DNA of 64,000 bases from a virus. Position 1 is the stretch's first letter, and every line of letters starts with the position of its first letter. The notes beneath the pieces were generated by a model. It had not been told where the DNA came from. It made no database searches and saw nothing but the letters and a program-made list of their open reading frames with translations. Below are positions 10,101 through 19,296 of the stretch, piece after piece. A program made the position numbers and the translations under genes. The stretch is taken from IMG/VR virus record IMGVR_UViG_3300037247_001169, positions 8,881-72,880 of that record; one strand, 5' to 3'.

Positions 10101-11823
10101 CTTCATCCCGCGGCGCTTGGACCTGATGTTGCATCAGGGTTTGCTCGAGCTGCTCTTCGGATGTGGGCTGCGCCCTTTCCTCTACGGCGGCCCCAATCAT
10201 GTCGCGGAAGACATCCCGGCGCATTTGGGAGACTTGCTCGCCGCTTATCGCGTCTCCCGCCGCGTCCTTCAACTGCTTTCGGCTGACCTTGCCTTCGAGT
10301 CCAGCGATACGCTGACTGGCTTCGGGGTGCAGCTCAACGAACCCGCGGGCACGCTCCATCGTCGGACGGTCGCGCTTGAAACGGGCGGCCGTGCGGACAC
10401 CGGCAATGGGGATAGTGAAGGCGACGGCCTCTTGGGCGAGCTGTTCGAGTGTCGGGGCCTCCGCAGGAAGGTCCACGCCCGGAATGAGGCTGGCCACCTT
10501 GCGCAAGCCTTCGTTGAGGCGTTCCTCGGCCATCTCTCCCGTCACACTGCCGATGCCGAACTTGTCGAGAAAGGCCCTCGCGCCAACGCGAGCCGGTTTC
10601 ATACCGACGGCACGTCGCGCCTTACCACCGATGAGTCCAACAACCTTGTGAGTCTGCTCCGAGAAGATTTCAATGTAAACGCTGCCTATGGCATTCAGGG
10701 TGGCTTCCATGCCGCCTTCGCCTTCATCGAGGACCACGAACTCGAAGTCCTCTGCCCCGTCCGGGATGTATGCAGCGAATTCCGGCGTAGCTCTCTGGAA
10801 TGCCTCCGCGGTCACCCGGTGGCTGAACACGGGCAGCCTGAGAAGTGTCGTACCCGCAAGGCGCCCTACGTCCAACGCGGCCTTCTTCAACACTCCGCTG
10901 AGGGATTTCTTGATTGCCTTCTTGGCAACCTCTTTCCCGCCCTTTTTCAAAATAGCGGGTAGGCCACCAGACGCGAAGAAATCCGCCCAGAACGGCACGC
11001 TTCCCAAGGTGATACGCGCCACGCCACCACCGAACGTGCGTTCCCGAGCGTCCATCACCGACTGCTCCATGTGGGCGGCCAGCGTCTCCCAGTCCTCGGC
11101 AGTGCCCTTGTCGTCCTCGATGCGCTTTGCGGCTGCCTGGACGTTCCACAGCTTGGCTACCGTGAAAAAGCCGCCGCCAAGTGGAATGTCTTCCTCGCTC
11201 AGTTCCTTGGCCTGCTCGACAATCCCGACCTTCTCCGGCAGCTTGTCCGCCGGACCGAGACCATACTTCTCGCGGATCTTGTTGAATCGACCAAGCGCAT
11301 CCGGAGACCGCCCCAATGGACCATGCGCCAAAAGGGCACCCGAATCCGAACGGCGTTTCGCAAATGCATCAGCTTCAGCATTACTATCGAAGCCAGGGAA
11401 CTCCAACCCGGACTGAACGGCAAACCCAATGGCCTCTTGGTTGCTGACCTGTTTCCCACGAACGATAGTAGGAATGAGAGTAGGCTTGCCGGAATTCAAT
11501 TCCTGCACTTCTACCGATATCGTGCGCTCACTGGAAAACGTACCATCTGGATTACGAATCCCGGGGACAACTCCATACGCCTTGGCGATCTCCGGGGTAA
11601 ACGGCGCAAAATCGACGGCTGCTTGGATCTTCTTGTCTTGGCTGAAATCGAGTTCGGCCGCTCCGGCGGCAATCGTGCGTTGCGACGCTCGAATGCTGTC
11701 CTCGCTCGCATCCTCGGCCTGCTGGGGAGTCGGCTGTTGCTGCGCCTGCTGTGCGGGTTGCTGTTGTTGCAGTAGGGTCTGCAACCGTTGGAGCCGTTGT
11801 TGGTCTTCGGGCGTCGGTGGCAA
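7195..11823 (-). CDS. Large internal virion / DNA ejection protein
   Basis: 1542-aa helical protein at the podovirus ejectosome position. Confidence 0.65.
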   Translation of the reverse strand: MPPTPEDQQRLQRLQTLLQQQQPAQQAQQQPTPQQAEDASEDSIRASQRTIAAGAAELDFSQDKKIQAAVDFAPFTPEIAKAYGVVPGIRNPDGTFSSERTISVEVQELNSGKPTLIPTIVRGKQVSNQEAIGFAVQSGLEFPGFDSNAEADAFAKRRSDSGALLAHGPLGRSPDALGRFNKIREKYGLGPADKLPEKVGIVEQAKELSEEDIPLGGGFFTVAKLWNVQAAAKRIEDDKGTAEDWETLAAHMEQSVMDARERTFGGGVARITLGSVPFWADFFASGGLPAILKKGGKEVAKKAIKKSLSGVLKKAALDVGRLAGTTLLRLPVFSHRVTAEAFQRATPEFAAYIPDGAEDFEFVVLDEGEGGMEATLNAIGSVYIEIFSEQTHKVVGLIGGKARRAVGMKPARVGARAFLDKFGIGSVTGEMAEERLNEGLRKVASLIPGVDLPAEAPTLEQLAQEAVAFTIPIAGVRTAARFKRDRPTMERARGFVELHPEASQRIAGLEGKVSRKQLKDAAGDAISGEQVSQMRRDVFRDMIGAAVEERAQPTSEEQLEQTLMQHQVQAPRDEAVTEPVARQAQEVRLQQPAPTPGEEAAETAEPAVELPREALPVDEIPKFRRKGANPVTAFLRRLFTPAGVLPEGAFERARESNQWYRARLKEIENLDRDFMAGAKEAYGGVGKMSDEDVLAVNAALGGKPIVSFLPEPLQEPVRAMRQKIDELSTQLINDGVVEGGLAAIIEKNKGLWLHRQYRAFIDPKWSKNVPVTIRNDFKSWLRQEYLADGMELTDNQLEQQMNELLFKAKEAGTPIGFFSKLGKKDQSIFIKRKDLPEIYRAFLGEVKDPRFNFVSSAQKQAHVIAAHKFLTQVRQEGLGRFLFEAEDPNIPPEAVAEIAAKNGEAMWPLNGLKTYPEVAKAFEQATKSDTVGNFHRMYLKAIGGAKLTKTVLSETTQVRNVLSWNQMFLNTGLLWHFGPRGFMRAARTIVDDFRRTPNKERRAAVVRGIELGVLHDGAVSGEMKHALEGAVKGDEAAFADSLYDNARPWHRRAAAKALRGGTKGTAKTIEAATKLYRAGDDLPRYIMWKMMQARLRKALPDATDIELEEMAARELRDTAPTYSMVPELWRAIGRNAPVAPFTSFPYEIFRTYGNNLKRIGTEFQDPKMRGIAAERLVGTLLVPITIPAISAVSRMLVSGMDREQENAMREFLPDYAVDGEFYHLPVPDKPHAFRVIDMSYVDPYVYMRSPIMRFLRNQDEGILPAMMVAAKKFLDPFTSEELLVQRILDVSRNKTEYGGTVYNEQADWDSQVRDVFVHLLGAYEPGTIAQVRRAYRGMRGVIEPWGQVRDPVDEMMAATGQRPMQINIPTALGRQARNFSGNWSEATNILTTHARSKGDVSLDLLRQKHEEMVESKRRLFAGLQREIPAATKLGMIEKEIRKVFDDAGLSGQTIDSLFRNEFDEESFIKAEVLRLTDRKPDETSVRFFKAMGMSQREVFDVLREAWRARGYKLLDIKSGRLNRSLSDRQRRLHDRYPGGEGP

Positions 11824-11824
11824 G

Positions 11825-13288
11825 TCACTGCTCCAATATGCGCTTGGCGATTTCCAGTTCGCGCTGCTGCGTCTCGTCGAGTTGTCGTCCGCCTTCCAAT
11901 AGGCTCACATAGAAATCGAACACGACACGTGCTTCGTCGCGATGCTGCTCAATCTTTTCAGGCGGCCATGTTTCGATATTCGGCGACTTCTGCACCGCCG
12001 CTTTCAGCTTGGTGGCGGCTTCGTTTGCGGTCATCTCCTCGGGAAATTGCTGCCTCTCCATCTCCTCCTGGATCATCCGCTCCATATTTTCGGGAGAGGT
12101 CCCTAGTAGGCCTCTAACCGTAACCCTTTCAGCAGTCTCGTAGGCTTGCTGCATTTGCTCCCGGGTAGGAGTCATCGTCCCCAAAGTCGAGACGCCAAGG
12201 GCGTAGTTTTCGTTCAACCGATTAAGGTATTGTGCTCTCGGGATGCTCACGCCCAACGACGGAATCTCGATGTCCGTATCCCTGTCCGTCAGCGTATCGA
12301 CGCTGACCGTCATCTCCCCGTCCCGGCCGATCGACAGCCTTGGCTTGAATCCCGCCTTCATCCACGCTTCGAGGATTGGCTGCGCCTGCTTAACCTGTTC
12401 GGCTGCTGACGGCGGCTGCTTGCGAACGAGTTTCATGGGGAAGTTCGATGGGTCTTCGATGTCACCGGCGATACGGTTGAGGAGTTCGAGTCGTTGCCCC
12501 TGGGGCACATTAGGATCGCCCATCACCGCGTTGTAGTTACGCACGGCCTTGTGGGCTTCTTGTTCATCCGGGACCATATCGAAGTTGTTGAGAATCCCCG
12601 CTTTCTGAAGCGCGGCGTTCATCCGCGTTTGGGCGTCTGCCCGGCCCCTCTGCTGCCTCTCTTGCTCTCGCACGCCTCGAATGCGCTCGGCGCCCGCCTG
12701 GAAATCGCCTTGCCCGGCCTCGGTTATCACCTCACGCGAGGCGCCCAACTGCTGAGCCATCTGGCCCTCGAAAACGCTTTGGGCCCGTTGGGCGGCCTGC
12801 TGTTGAGCGACTTGCCCGGCGTACTGTTCGAGCGGAATACCCTCTGCCTTGGCCTGCGCGGTGAACGCTCGGGTAGTCGTTCCCAGGCTCGTGGCCAGTT
12901 TGGAAATCTCGCTACGATCGAGTTTCGTTGGTGCGAAGCCGAATTGCTGAATGTCCTCCTGCTTTTGAAGGAGTGTCCCAATGCCCTCGGCAGCCGTGGC
13001 TACGCCACCGGCGACGTCCCCGCCAACGATCTGGCTGCCCACCATGCCGCCCAAGCCCGCGCCCTGGGCCGCGCCCGCCAGAATCGTCGTCCCCCCGATA
13101 GCGGGTCCAAGAAAGGCGCCGCCAATGCCGCCAACCACTGCCCCACCGAGCGTTCCCACGAGCCGTTGCTGCCTCGCCACCCGTTCCGCATTGCGGATCT
13201 CGGATTGCAGTCGTTGATATTGCAAGACGCTGAAAAAATCGGCGACTGCCTGATACCGCGGGTCCCGGAACGTGTTGATTGTAGGCAT
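11825..13288 (-). CDS. Internal virion / ejection protein
   Basis: 487 aa, N-terminal glycine-zipper hydrophobic segment, helical remainder, synteny. Confidence 0.55.
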   Translation of the reverse strand: MPTINTFRDPRYQAVADFFSVLQYQRLQSEIRNAERVARQQRLVGTLGGAVVGGIGGAFLGPAIGGTTILAGAAQGAGLGGMVGSQIVGGDVAGGVATAAEGIGTLLQKQEDIQQFGFAPTKLDRSEISKLATSLGTTTRAFTAQAKAEGIPLEQYAGQVAQQQAAQRAQSVFEGQMAQQLGASREVITEAGQGDFQAGAERIRGVREQERQQRGRADAQTRMNAALQKAGILNNFDMVPDEQEAHKAVRNYNAVMGDPNVPQGQRLELLNRIAGDIEDPSNFPMKLVRKQPPSAAEQVKQAQPILEAWMKAGFKPRLSIGRDGEMTVSVDTLTDRDTDIEIPSLGVSIPRAQYLNRLNENYALGVSTLGTMTPTREQMQQAYETAERVTVRGLLGTSPENMERMIQEEMERQQFPEEMTANEAATKLKAAVQKSPNIETWPPEKIEQHRDEARVVFDFYVSLLEGGRQLDETQQRELEIAKRILEQ

Positions 13289-13300
13289 GGCCCGAATTTC

Positions 13301-14350
13301 CTAGCCGCCGCCGAACCCCGGCTGAATCTGAACATTCCGGAAACCGCCCGGTCCCAGGCGGTTGATCGAATTGATGAATCCCAACCCCTGTTCGAGCCCC
13401 TGCATTCCCATAGTCAGCGGCAGTTGCCCGAATCCCATCAGGTTGTTCATCTGGTCGACGCCGGCCTGCTGAAGCATGCCCATTTGGCCCATGCCGAATC
13501 CGCCCAGCTGGCCAAGCGACTGTAGCCCGACGTTGGCCCCGAGACCGGCACCGAACTGTCCGACGCCGAGCTGTTGGCCAAGGAGACCTTGTCCGAGGCC
13601 GGTTCCCATGCCCAGGAGCTGCTGCTGGGCGCCGAGCTGCTGGCCGGTCAGTCTCTCGTTTGCGGCCGCGGCCGCACCGCCGAACTGGCCGAGTATGCCG
13701 ACCTGCTCACGCCGCAAACGCTCTCCCAGGCCACCGAGTGCCTGGCCACGCTGCGCTTCGACGCCGCGCTGAATTGACGCGGCCCCGGTAGAAGCGGTAA
13801 ACCCGCGCTCCTGAAGGTTGGCCGCCTGCTGAGCACCAAACTGGTCGAATCGCCGGTTGATGTCCGCCTGCTCCTGTTGCCCGAGTCCGGCCGACATCTG
13901 CTGCGCCTGACGGAAGAGATCCTGGAATTGCCCGCCGACCTGACCGGTCCGTTGGCCGAAGTTGCGCATGAGGCTTTGGCCACCAAGGCCGAACTGTCGC
14001 TGCAGCGCAGATGCTCCGCCGGAAGCAAGCTGGTTGAGCCCGGCCGTCTGCTGGCCAACCTGGCCGGGAAGCCCCTGTAGGCTCTGCATGGTAGAGCCCA
14101 TGAATCGCTGGAAGTTCTGGTTCTGCGCGCCCTGGCTGAACAACTGGTTCCCGGCCTGCATGCCTTGGTTGGCGAGGCCCTGGGCTTGCCCGAAGAGTTG
14201 TCCGACATTCGGCGTCCCGCTGATGAGACCCATGCCGCGATCAATGTCGCCTTGCTGCGCCTCCATCACCTGTTGCTGGAGTTTGCGATCCTGTTCGCCG
14301 AAGAACAGATTCATTCCAAGGCCGAACAGCGGACTGCCGTGAAAAGGCAT
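13301..14350 (-). CDS. Gln/Gly-rich DNA pilot/ejection-like protein
   Basis: 349 aa Q/G-rich; GAGGTGA RBS; synteny. Confidence 0.55.
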   Translation of the reverse strand: MPFHGSPLFGLGMNLFFGEQDRKLQQQVMEAQQGDIDRGMGLISGTPNVGQLFGQAQGLANQGMQAGNQLFSQGAQNQNFQRFMGSTMQSLQGLPGQVGQQTAGLNQLASGGASALQRQFGLGGQSLMRNFGQRTGQVGGQFQDLFRQAQQMSAGLGQQEQADINRRFDQFGAQQAANLQERGFTASTGAASIQRGVEAQRGQALGGLGERLRREQVGILGQFGGAAAAANERLTGQQLGAQQQLLGMGTGLGQGLLGQQLGVGQFGAGLGANVGLQSLGQLGGFGMGQMGMLQQAGVDQMNNLMGFGQLPLTMGMQGLEQGLGFINSINRLGPGGFRNVQIQPGFGGG

Positions 14351-14364
14351 AACTCACCTCACTA

Positions 14365-15033
14365 CTAAAAAAAGCGTTGCTGGCCCCGAAACTGCTTACC
14401 GAACCCTTGACCGCCCATTCCCGGCACACCCTGCATGAACGACAACCCGCTCATGAGGTTCTGCATCATTCCCGGCATCTGACCGGCACCGGCGGCCCGA
14501 CTCCGCATCATGCCTTGAAGCAATGCCGGATCGACCTGTTGACCGGGAACGAGTCCCGGCTGCGCCATGCCCTGCTGACCGGCCTGTAGTGGGCCCTGGC
14601 GAATGGGAAGGGCGAATCCCTGCCCGCCTTGTTGTTGCCCAAACCCCGCCAACTGACGCCCTCGATTCTGTGCCACAGATTGCTGCTGAGCCGTTGGGCC
14701 GAAGAACTGTCCAAGTTGACCTTGCGACAACTGTTGGCCGGGCATGCCCGGCTGCTGGCCCGCCATCCCGGCTTGGCGCCGCATGAACATCTGAAGCATG
14801 TTACCCATCGGATTGCCCATCATTTCAGGTTGCCCGCCCGGCATGCCAAACGGAGACATTTGCTGTTGCGGCTGCCCGAACATGCCAAATGGCGACTGCT
14901 GCTGCCCGAACATCTGCTGCACCTGTCGCTGCATGGGCATGAACTGCTGTTGCCCTTGACGCATTCGCGCTTGCCCGCCCTGCCCCTGAAGCTGCGACAT
15001 CATGCCAAACATTGGATTGCTGAAAAGCGACAT
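14365..15033 (-). CDS. Gln/Met/Gly-rich low-complexity protein
   Basis: 222 aa; same 16-nt RBS leader as 13301..14350. Confidence 0.6.
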   Translation of the reverse strand: MSLFSNPMFGMMSQLQGQGGQARMRQGQQQFMPMQRQVQQMFGQQQSPFGMFGQPQQQMSPFGMPGGQPEMMGNPMGNMLQMFMRRQAGMAGQQPGMPGQQLSQGQLGQFFGPTAQQQSVAQNRGRQLAGFGQQQGGQGFALPIRQGPLQAGQQGMAQPGLVPGQQVDPALLQGMMRSRAAGAGQMPGMMQNLMSGLSFMQGVPGMGGQGFGKQFRGQQRFF

Positions 15034-15047
15034 AACTCACCTCACTT

Positions 15048-15419
15048 TCAACCGATGACCGCGTGCGGACGGCCGTCCCCCAATTCCGTCGGGTCCGTAT
15101 CCCAATCCCATGTAACACGCATGTCGTATCCACGGAACGCCGGATCGTAGAGCCCGTGCTCGAATGGCCAACCAATGACACCACCGGCCGCCTCCAGCGT
15201 CACCTCCAGAAGCATGTCGGTGAACGTCACCGGGGCCCTGCCATACGCGACCTCGATCCTCGTGTTGTCGAAAACGTGGTTGACCCAGTTATGGCCAAGC
15301 CACCAGAGCACGAGTAAATCGTCGTCATTCGCAGCTTCAACGAGGACTTTCGCGTGGGTGCCTTCCCCATCCCCGATGTAGCCTTTGGCCGCATATCGCG
15401 TATTGGGTAATCCAAACAT
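15048..15419 (-). CDS. Small virion protein (paralog of 15427..15774)
   Basis: MFGLP start and W.f.hGLYDP motif shared with neighbour. Confidence 0.65.
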   Translation of the reverse strand: MFGLPNTRYAAKGYIGDGEGTHAKVLVEAANDDDLLVLWWLGHNWVNHVFDNTRIEVAYGRAPVTFTDMLLEVTLEAAGGVIGWPFEHGLYDPAFRGYDMRVTWDWDTDPTELGDGRPHAVIG

Positions 15420-15426
15420 CGGCCAC

Positions 15427-15774
15427 CTACGAAATACCCGTACAACGCCCCGTAACATTCAGTTCCTTGTCAGTGCTGCCGTCTAACAAGGTTACAACGA
15501 TTGCAGTGCCGATCTCTTCCGGGTCATACAGCCCTTCCGGCCACGTCCAGTGGTAGGCGGTCGTGTCTATGATGTCTATGTCCAGTAGGGTCGTTGACCC
15601 CTGCACGATGGTAAGGTTCCCGGACACCGCCGTCGCATAACCAAATGTCACACTATACACCGCAGGAACCCCATCGGACGACGTGGCCAACGTGAGTACC
15701 GCGTCGGACCCGGTTGCGACCGTCCCCTTGGCCTTACCGTAAACGGCCGTCTTGGAATCGGGTAATCCGAACAT
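15427..15774 (-). CDS. Small virion protein
   Basis: MFGLP start, WTWPEGLYDP motif, AGGAG RBS. Confidence 0.65.
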   Translation of the reverse strand: MFGLPDSKTAVYGKAKGTVATGSDAVLTLATSSDGVPAVYSVTFGYATAVSGNLTIVQGSTTLLDIDIIDTTAYHWTWPEGLYDPEEIGTAIVVTLLDGSTDKELNVTGRCTGIS

Positions 15775-15784
15775 AACCAGTCTC

Positions 15785-18202
15785 CTATGCTCTCAGTCGT
15801 CCGCCGGGCTTAACTTCCGCTTCCATGAACTCTAGTGCCCAACGAACGTCACCGCTGTTCTGTATCCGCACGTAGGCGTCACGCCCACGCATTCGTGGCC
15901 GGAAACTGGGGTTCAGTCCGGCCGCCAAGCTGCGAGTGGCGAAATCCGCCGCGTTCTTGGCTGCTTGCGGCGTCTTGCCGCTGCGCACTTTCAACGTGCA
16001 AGCGCCGCTGTTTTCACCCAATGCCACATCGACACTGTCCAAGTAGCCGTCACGGCCGCGGCCGTCGAGACGGATCGGCCCGAATTCGGCGTAGGAGGTG
16101 AACGACGTTCCGTCATCGTCCGCGGCGCCGCGACTGTACTTGCGCACACGGCCGTCACGGCAACCGACGATGAGTCGGTTCGGCAGATCACCGATCACCC
16201 CACAAAAGGCGTCGTGGTCCTCCGCGTATCGATCGTGGAAAAACCCCTCCAGCCGCATGTCGTACCACCAGGCCTCCGAATCGCCGCTCGACAAAGAAGT
16301 GACCCGAATCCAGATGCCCAGATACTCCGGGTCGTACTCCAGGAACACGTGGTGGGTATCGGGGTCGATCTGCCGCAACTCGTCGGGAATGCGGTCGGGC
16401 GACACCCGCCGCGGTTCCACGAGGCCGCCGAGTTCGGTACGATGAATCCGGTAGAGCCCGTCAATCGACAGAAAGTAAATCTGGTCGTCGTCGGTAGGCG
16501 CCCAGGCGTCGAACGACAAGACCCCTACTCGACGGGATAGATGATCGAACGTACCGCCGACCGCGGGGTCGCCGCGCAACACCGAGCATTCGCCCTCGCC
16601 CGCGACCATCATCAGATCATCGAACACGGGAATGAGGCTGGTAACGGGCGCGCCGAGTCGGCCCAGACCACCCGCATCGAAGGCGAAGGCGTCCTGGACC
16701 GTTACGGTGGCCGGGCTGTAGTCGTAGTTCAACGGATCGCCCTGCTTGGACATGAACACGTCGCCCGGATTATTCGGGTCGCCGCTGAACACCAGTCGGT
16801 CGCGGTAGAGTTCCACGATCCGGCAGGCGTAGGGAGCCGTGCCGGCCCACGCCCCGGATACGATAGCAGCGCCGGTTGCCGTCATCAGCGTCACCGCATC
16901 GGTCGTTGCGTCGTAGATTTTGATGCCCGGAACAATGCGATAGGCGGTAGATGTAGAGTCGCCCGTAGGCGCGGCCGGCGTTGCGACCAACGTCTTGAGC
17001 ACGAGCGTATTCAGATCGGTGACGGTTCTCACTTCGTACCATCCGGTGGCAATCGTCCCGGTTACGTCGGTCAGCTCGATTACATCCCCGGTCGCGACAA
17101 CACCATCGGTAACAAAGTCTGCGTCCGAATCGATCAGCTCGCCGCTATTGTTGGCGATCGCAGCATTCGCCGATGTCGCCGTCCGCTCCCGTCGCGGCTC
17201 TGCCCAATCGGCGATATACAGCTTCGCGAACCGGGCAGCTACGCTCACCGGCGTGGACTCCACGTCCCGATCCACGAACGTCGGAGTGCCGGTAATCACG
17301 GTCAACGCACCGCTCGTCGTTTCGCTGTACAGTGTGCCGTTGGAACCGGCGACGATTTGACTCTGGGGTGGAAGGTTCTCGGCAGTGTAGGCTACGAGAA
17401 CCGCATCGATGACGCCCGGATTCACGTCCTGGGGCTCAATCTCCACCGCGATCGCATCACCGGAAGGGAACGACCCCAGGGGCAAAAACCCGCCTTGATC
17501 GTCCACGAACAGCCCGCCCTGATTCGCAGAGATGTACCTCACAAATCCGAAGGCTGTGTCGGCGCGGATGAGAAATTGAAGCGTGCCGGGAGTATCGAAC
17601 GGCTCGGGTATCCAGGAGACTTCCAGGATTGACACAATCACGTCGTTCTTTAGCAGACTCAGCGTAGTCGCCGATTGGCCGAACGCGATTTCGCAGCCGA
17701 TACTGGAAGACACATCGGGGGACGATTGATTCATCCGAGTGTAGATGCGGTACTTGTTAAAGACCTTCTCCAGGATGTTGAGCGTTATGGTGACCTCGGT
17801 ATTCCAGTCGATGTCCAGCGCCGAAGTCTTGTAAACGGCCCCGCGGTTACCGGCCGTTGTCGACCCGATAAGGGCCGTTCCCGATTGGGTCAGGTCCTCA
17901 TCGTCCCACGGCGCATTCGTCCAGTCATTCAAGTCGGTGAAATGATCCTGAAACGTCCGCGACGGAGTGACTACCGCCGTGCGGACCAAGGCCAGCAGAT
18001 TCACATAGGCGCCGGACCCGAGTTCTTCCGAGAACGCCTTGGCCAGACCCGGCCGACTCCCGCCGCGGGCGCGACTTTCGAGCACATCGTAGGGGCGCAC
18101 GTTCAGCGCATCCTGGGTGGTGAACGGGCGCACGTGTTGATGCGATGCGCTGCGGTCGATACCCGCAAGCGGGAACTCCAGATTGATTCGTCCCAGTGCC
18201 AC
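15785..18202 (-). CDS. Tail tubular/nozzle (DNA stabilisation) protein
   Basis: ~800 aa beta-propeller-like (YRDRLVFSG, S--GDP-NYD, YFLSIDGLY); NVRP..RGGSRPG N-terminus; podovirus synteny. Confidence 0.7.
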   Translation of the reverse strand: MALGRINLEFPLAGIDRSASHQHVRPFTTQDALNVRPYDVLESRARGGSRPGLAKAFSEELGSGAYVNLLALVRTAVVTPSRTFQDHFTDLNDWTNAPWDDEDLTQSGTALIGSTTAGNRGAVYKTSALDIDWNTEVTITLNILEKVFNKYRIYTRMNQSSPDVSSSIGCEIAFGQSATTLSLLKNDVIVSILEVSWIPEPFDTPGTLQFLIRADTAFGFVRYISANQGGLFVDDQGGFLPLGSFPSGDAIAVEIEPQDVNPGVIDAVLVAYTAENLPPQSQIVAGSNGTLYSETTSGALTVITGTPTFVDRDVESTPVSVAARFAKLYIADWAEPRRERTATSANAAIANNSGELIDSDADFVTDGVVATGDVIELTDVTGTIATGWYEVRTVTDLNTLVLKTLVATPAAPTGDSTSTAYRIVPGIKIYDATTDAVTLMTATGAAIVSGAWAGTAPYACRIVELYRDRLVFSGDPNNPGDVFMSKQGDPLNYDYSPATVTVQDAFAFDAGGLGRLGAPVTSLIPVFDDLMMVAGEGECSVLRGDPAVGGTFDHLSRRVGVLSFDAWAPTDDDQIYFLSIDGLYRIHRTELGGLVEPRRVSPDRIPDELRQIDPDTHHVFLEYDPEYLGIWIRVTSLSSGDSEAWWYDMRLEGFFHDRYAEDHDAFCGVIGDLPNRLIVGCRDGRVRKYSRGAADDDGTSFTSYAEFGPIRLDGRGRDGYLDSVDVALGENSGACTLKVRSGKTPQAAKNAADFATRSLAAGLNPSFRPRMRGRDAYVRIQNSGDVRWALEFMEAEVKPGGRLRA

Positions 18203-18215
18203 TGCGAGCCCCCGG

Positions 18216-19286
18216 TTAGGCCGCGGCTGTCCGCAGTTGCACACACTTGATGTAGTCGACCAGCATGGTCTCGACGCTACCGCCGGACTTGACGCCGAAA
18301 ATGAGGTTCATCGGCACCATTCCCGATCTGACGAAGCCCATCGTCGTGCCGTGGGCGGTCAGAGGGCCGGTGCCTCCGGCGACGTCGAAGTACGCCGTGA
18401 CTATGCCGGTAATATCTGTGGAACTGACGTGGAATCCCACACGGGTCCACGTGTTTGAAACGAACGTAGCCAAACCCGTTTCAACGTCCTGCGTACCGGC
18501 ATTGCTCGCCTCGGCATCGATGGCCATCGCCCCTTCGATCTTGTAGATGAGGGCGCCATCGTAGGTCGCCAACGGGCCGGCGCCGGCCGCTTGGAATCCA
18601 CCCGTCGTGTCGGACGTAGTCAGGCCGAACCACCAGCATGTTTCGTTCGTCGCGGCCTCGGTGATTTTGAACCTGGCCTCGAACCACAGTTCGTTTCTGC
18701 CGGCGAAGGCGAACGCCTGGGCGGTGCTCCGCCTGGCGTGGTAGTCGTCGTTCTGGGCGGTCGTTACGAGGTTCAACGACCCGCCGAGCTGGTCCCCGTG
18801 GGTAGCAGTACCGGTCCCACTGTCATCGAGCTGAACCCATTGCGTGCCGGCATCAATCCCGGTAACGAAGTCGTCGAAAATCGTGACGGCTTTGAACGGG
18901 TCGGGGTCGAGCGGCGAGGGCGCTCCACTCCACAGGCCGGTCGGCGGGCCGCTTTCCAGGTGCACGCCGTTATGTTCGATTTCGATGTCTTCACTGGTGC
19001 CGAATAGCATTCTTGCGGAATCCGGCAGGCGGAAAGTCTCGCCCGCTTTGATCTCGGAATCCGCCGTCCAGACGGCGGTTGTTTTTGTGCCCGTGTTCCG
19101 ATAGTGCCGAGTCCCGGCGCCGCCGTCCGAGTGGATGAACAGGGCATTCGGCGCCCAGTTCTCCCGGCCGTTGCCGGCCGTCGTACCCCAGCCGTGGACA
19201 TATCCCTCGGGCGTCTTGCCCGTCCGCCCCGACGTCGGGAAGTCCGCAGTTTCCAGGTCGTTGGCGATGTTGTGCGGTGCTGTCAT
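18216..19286 (-). CDS. Virion protein with lectin/jelly-roll-like C-terminal domain
   Basis: DDF...WFEARFKI...VDYIKCVQ; paralogous to 20564..21400. Confidence 0.6.
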   Translation of the reverse strand: MTAPHNIANDLETADFPTSGRTGKTPEGYVHGWGTTAGNGRENWAPNALFIHSDGGAGTRHYRNTGTKTTAVWTADSEIKAGETFRLPDSARMLFGTSEDIEIEHNGVHLESGPPTGLWSGAPSPLDPDPFKAVTIFDDFVTGIDAGTQWVQLDDSGTGTATHGDQLGGSLNLVTTAQNDDYHARRSTAQAFAFAGRNELWFEARFKITEAATNETCWWFGLTTSDTTGGFQAAGAGPLATYDGALIYKIEGAMAIDAEASNAGTQDVETGLATFVSNTWTRVGFHVSSTDITGIVTAYFDVAGGTGPLTAHGTTMGFVRSGMVPMNLIFGVKSGGSVETMLVDYIKCVQLRTAAA

Positions 19287-19296
19287 ATCTCTTCTC

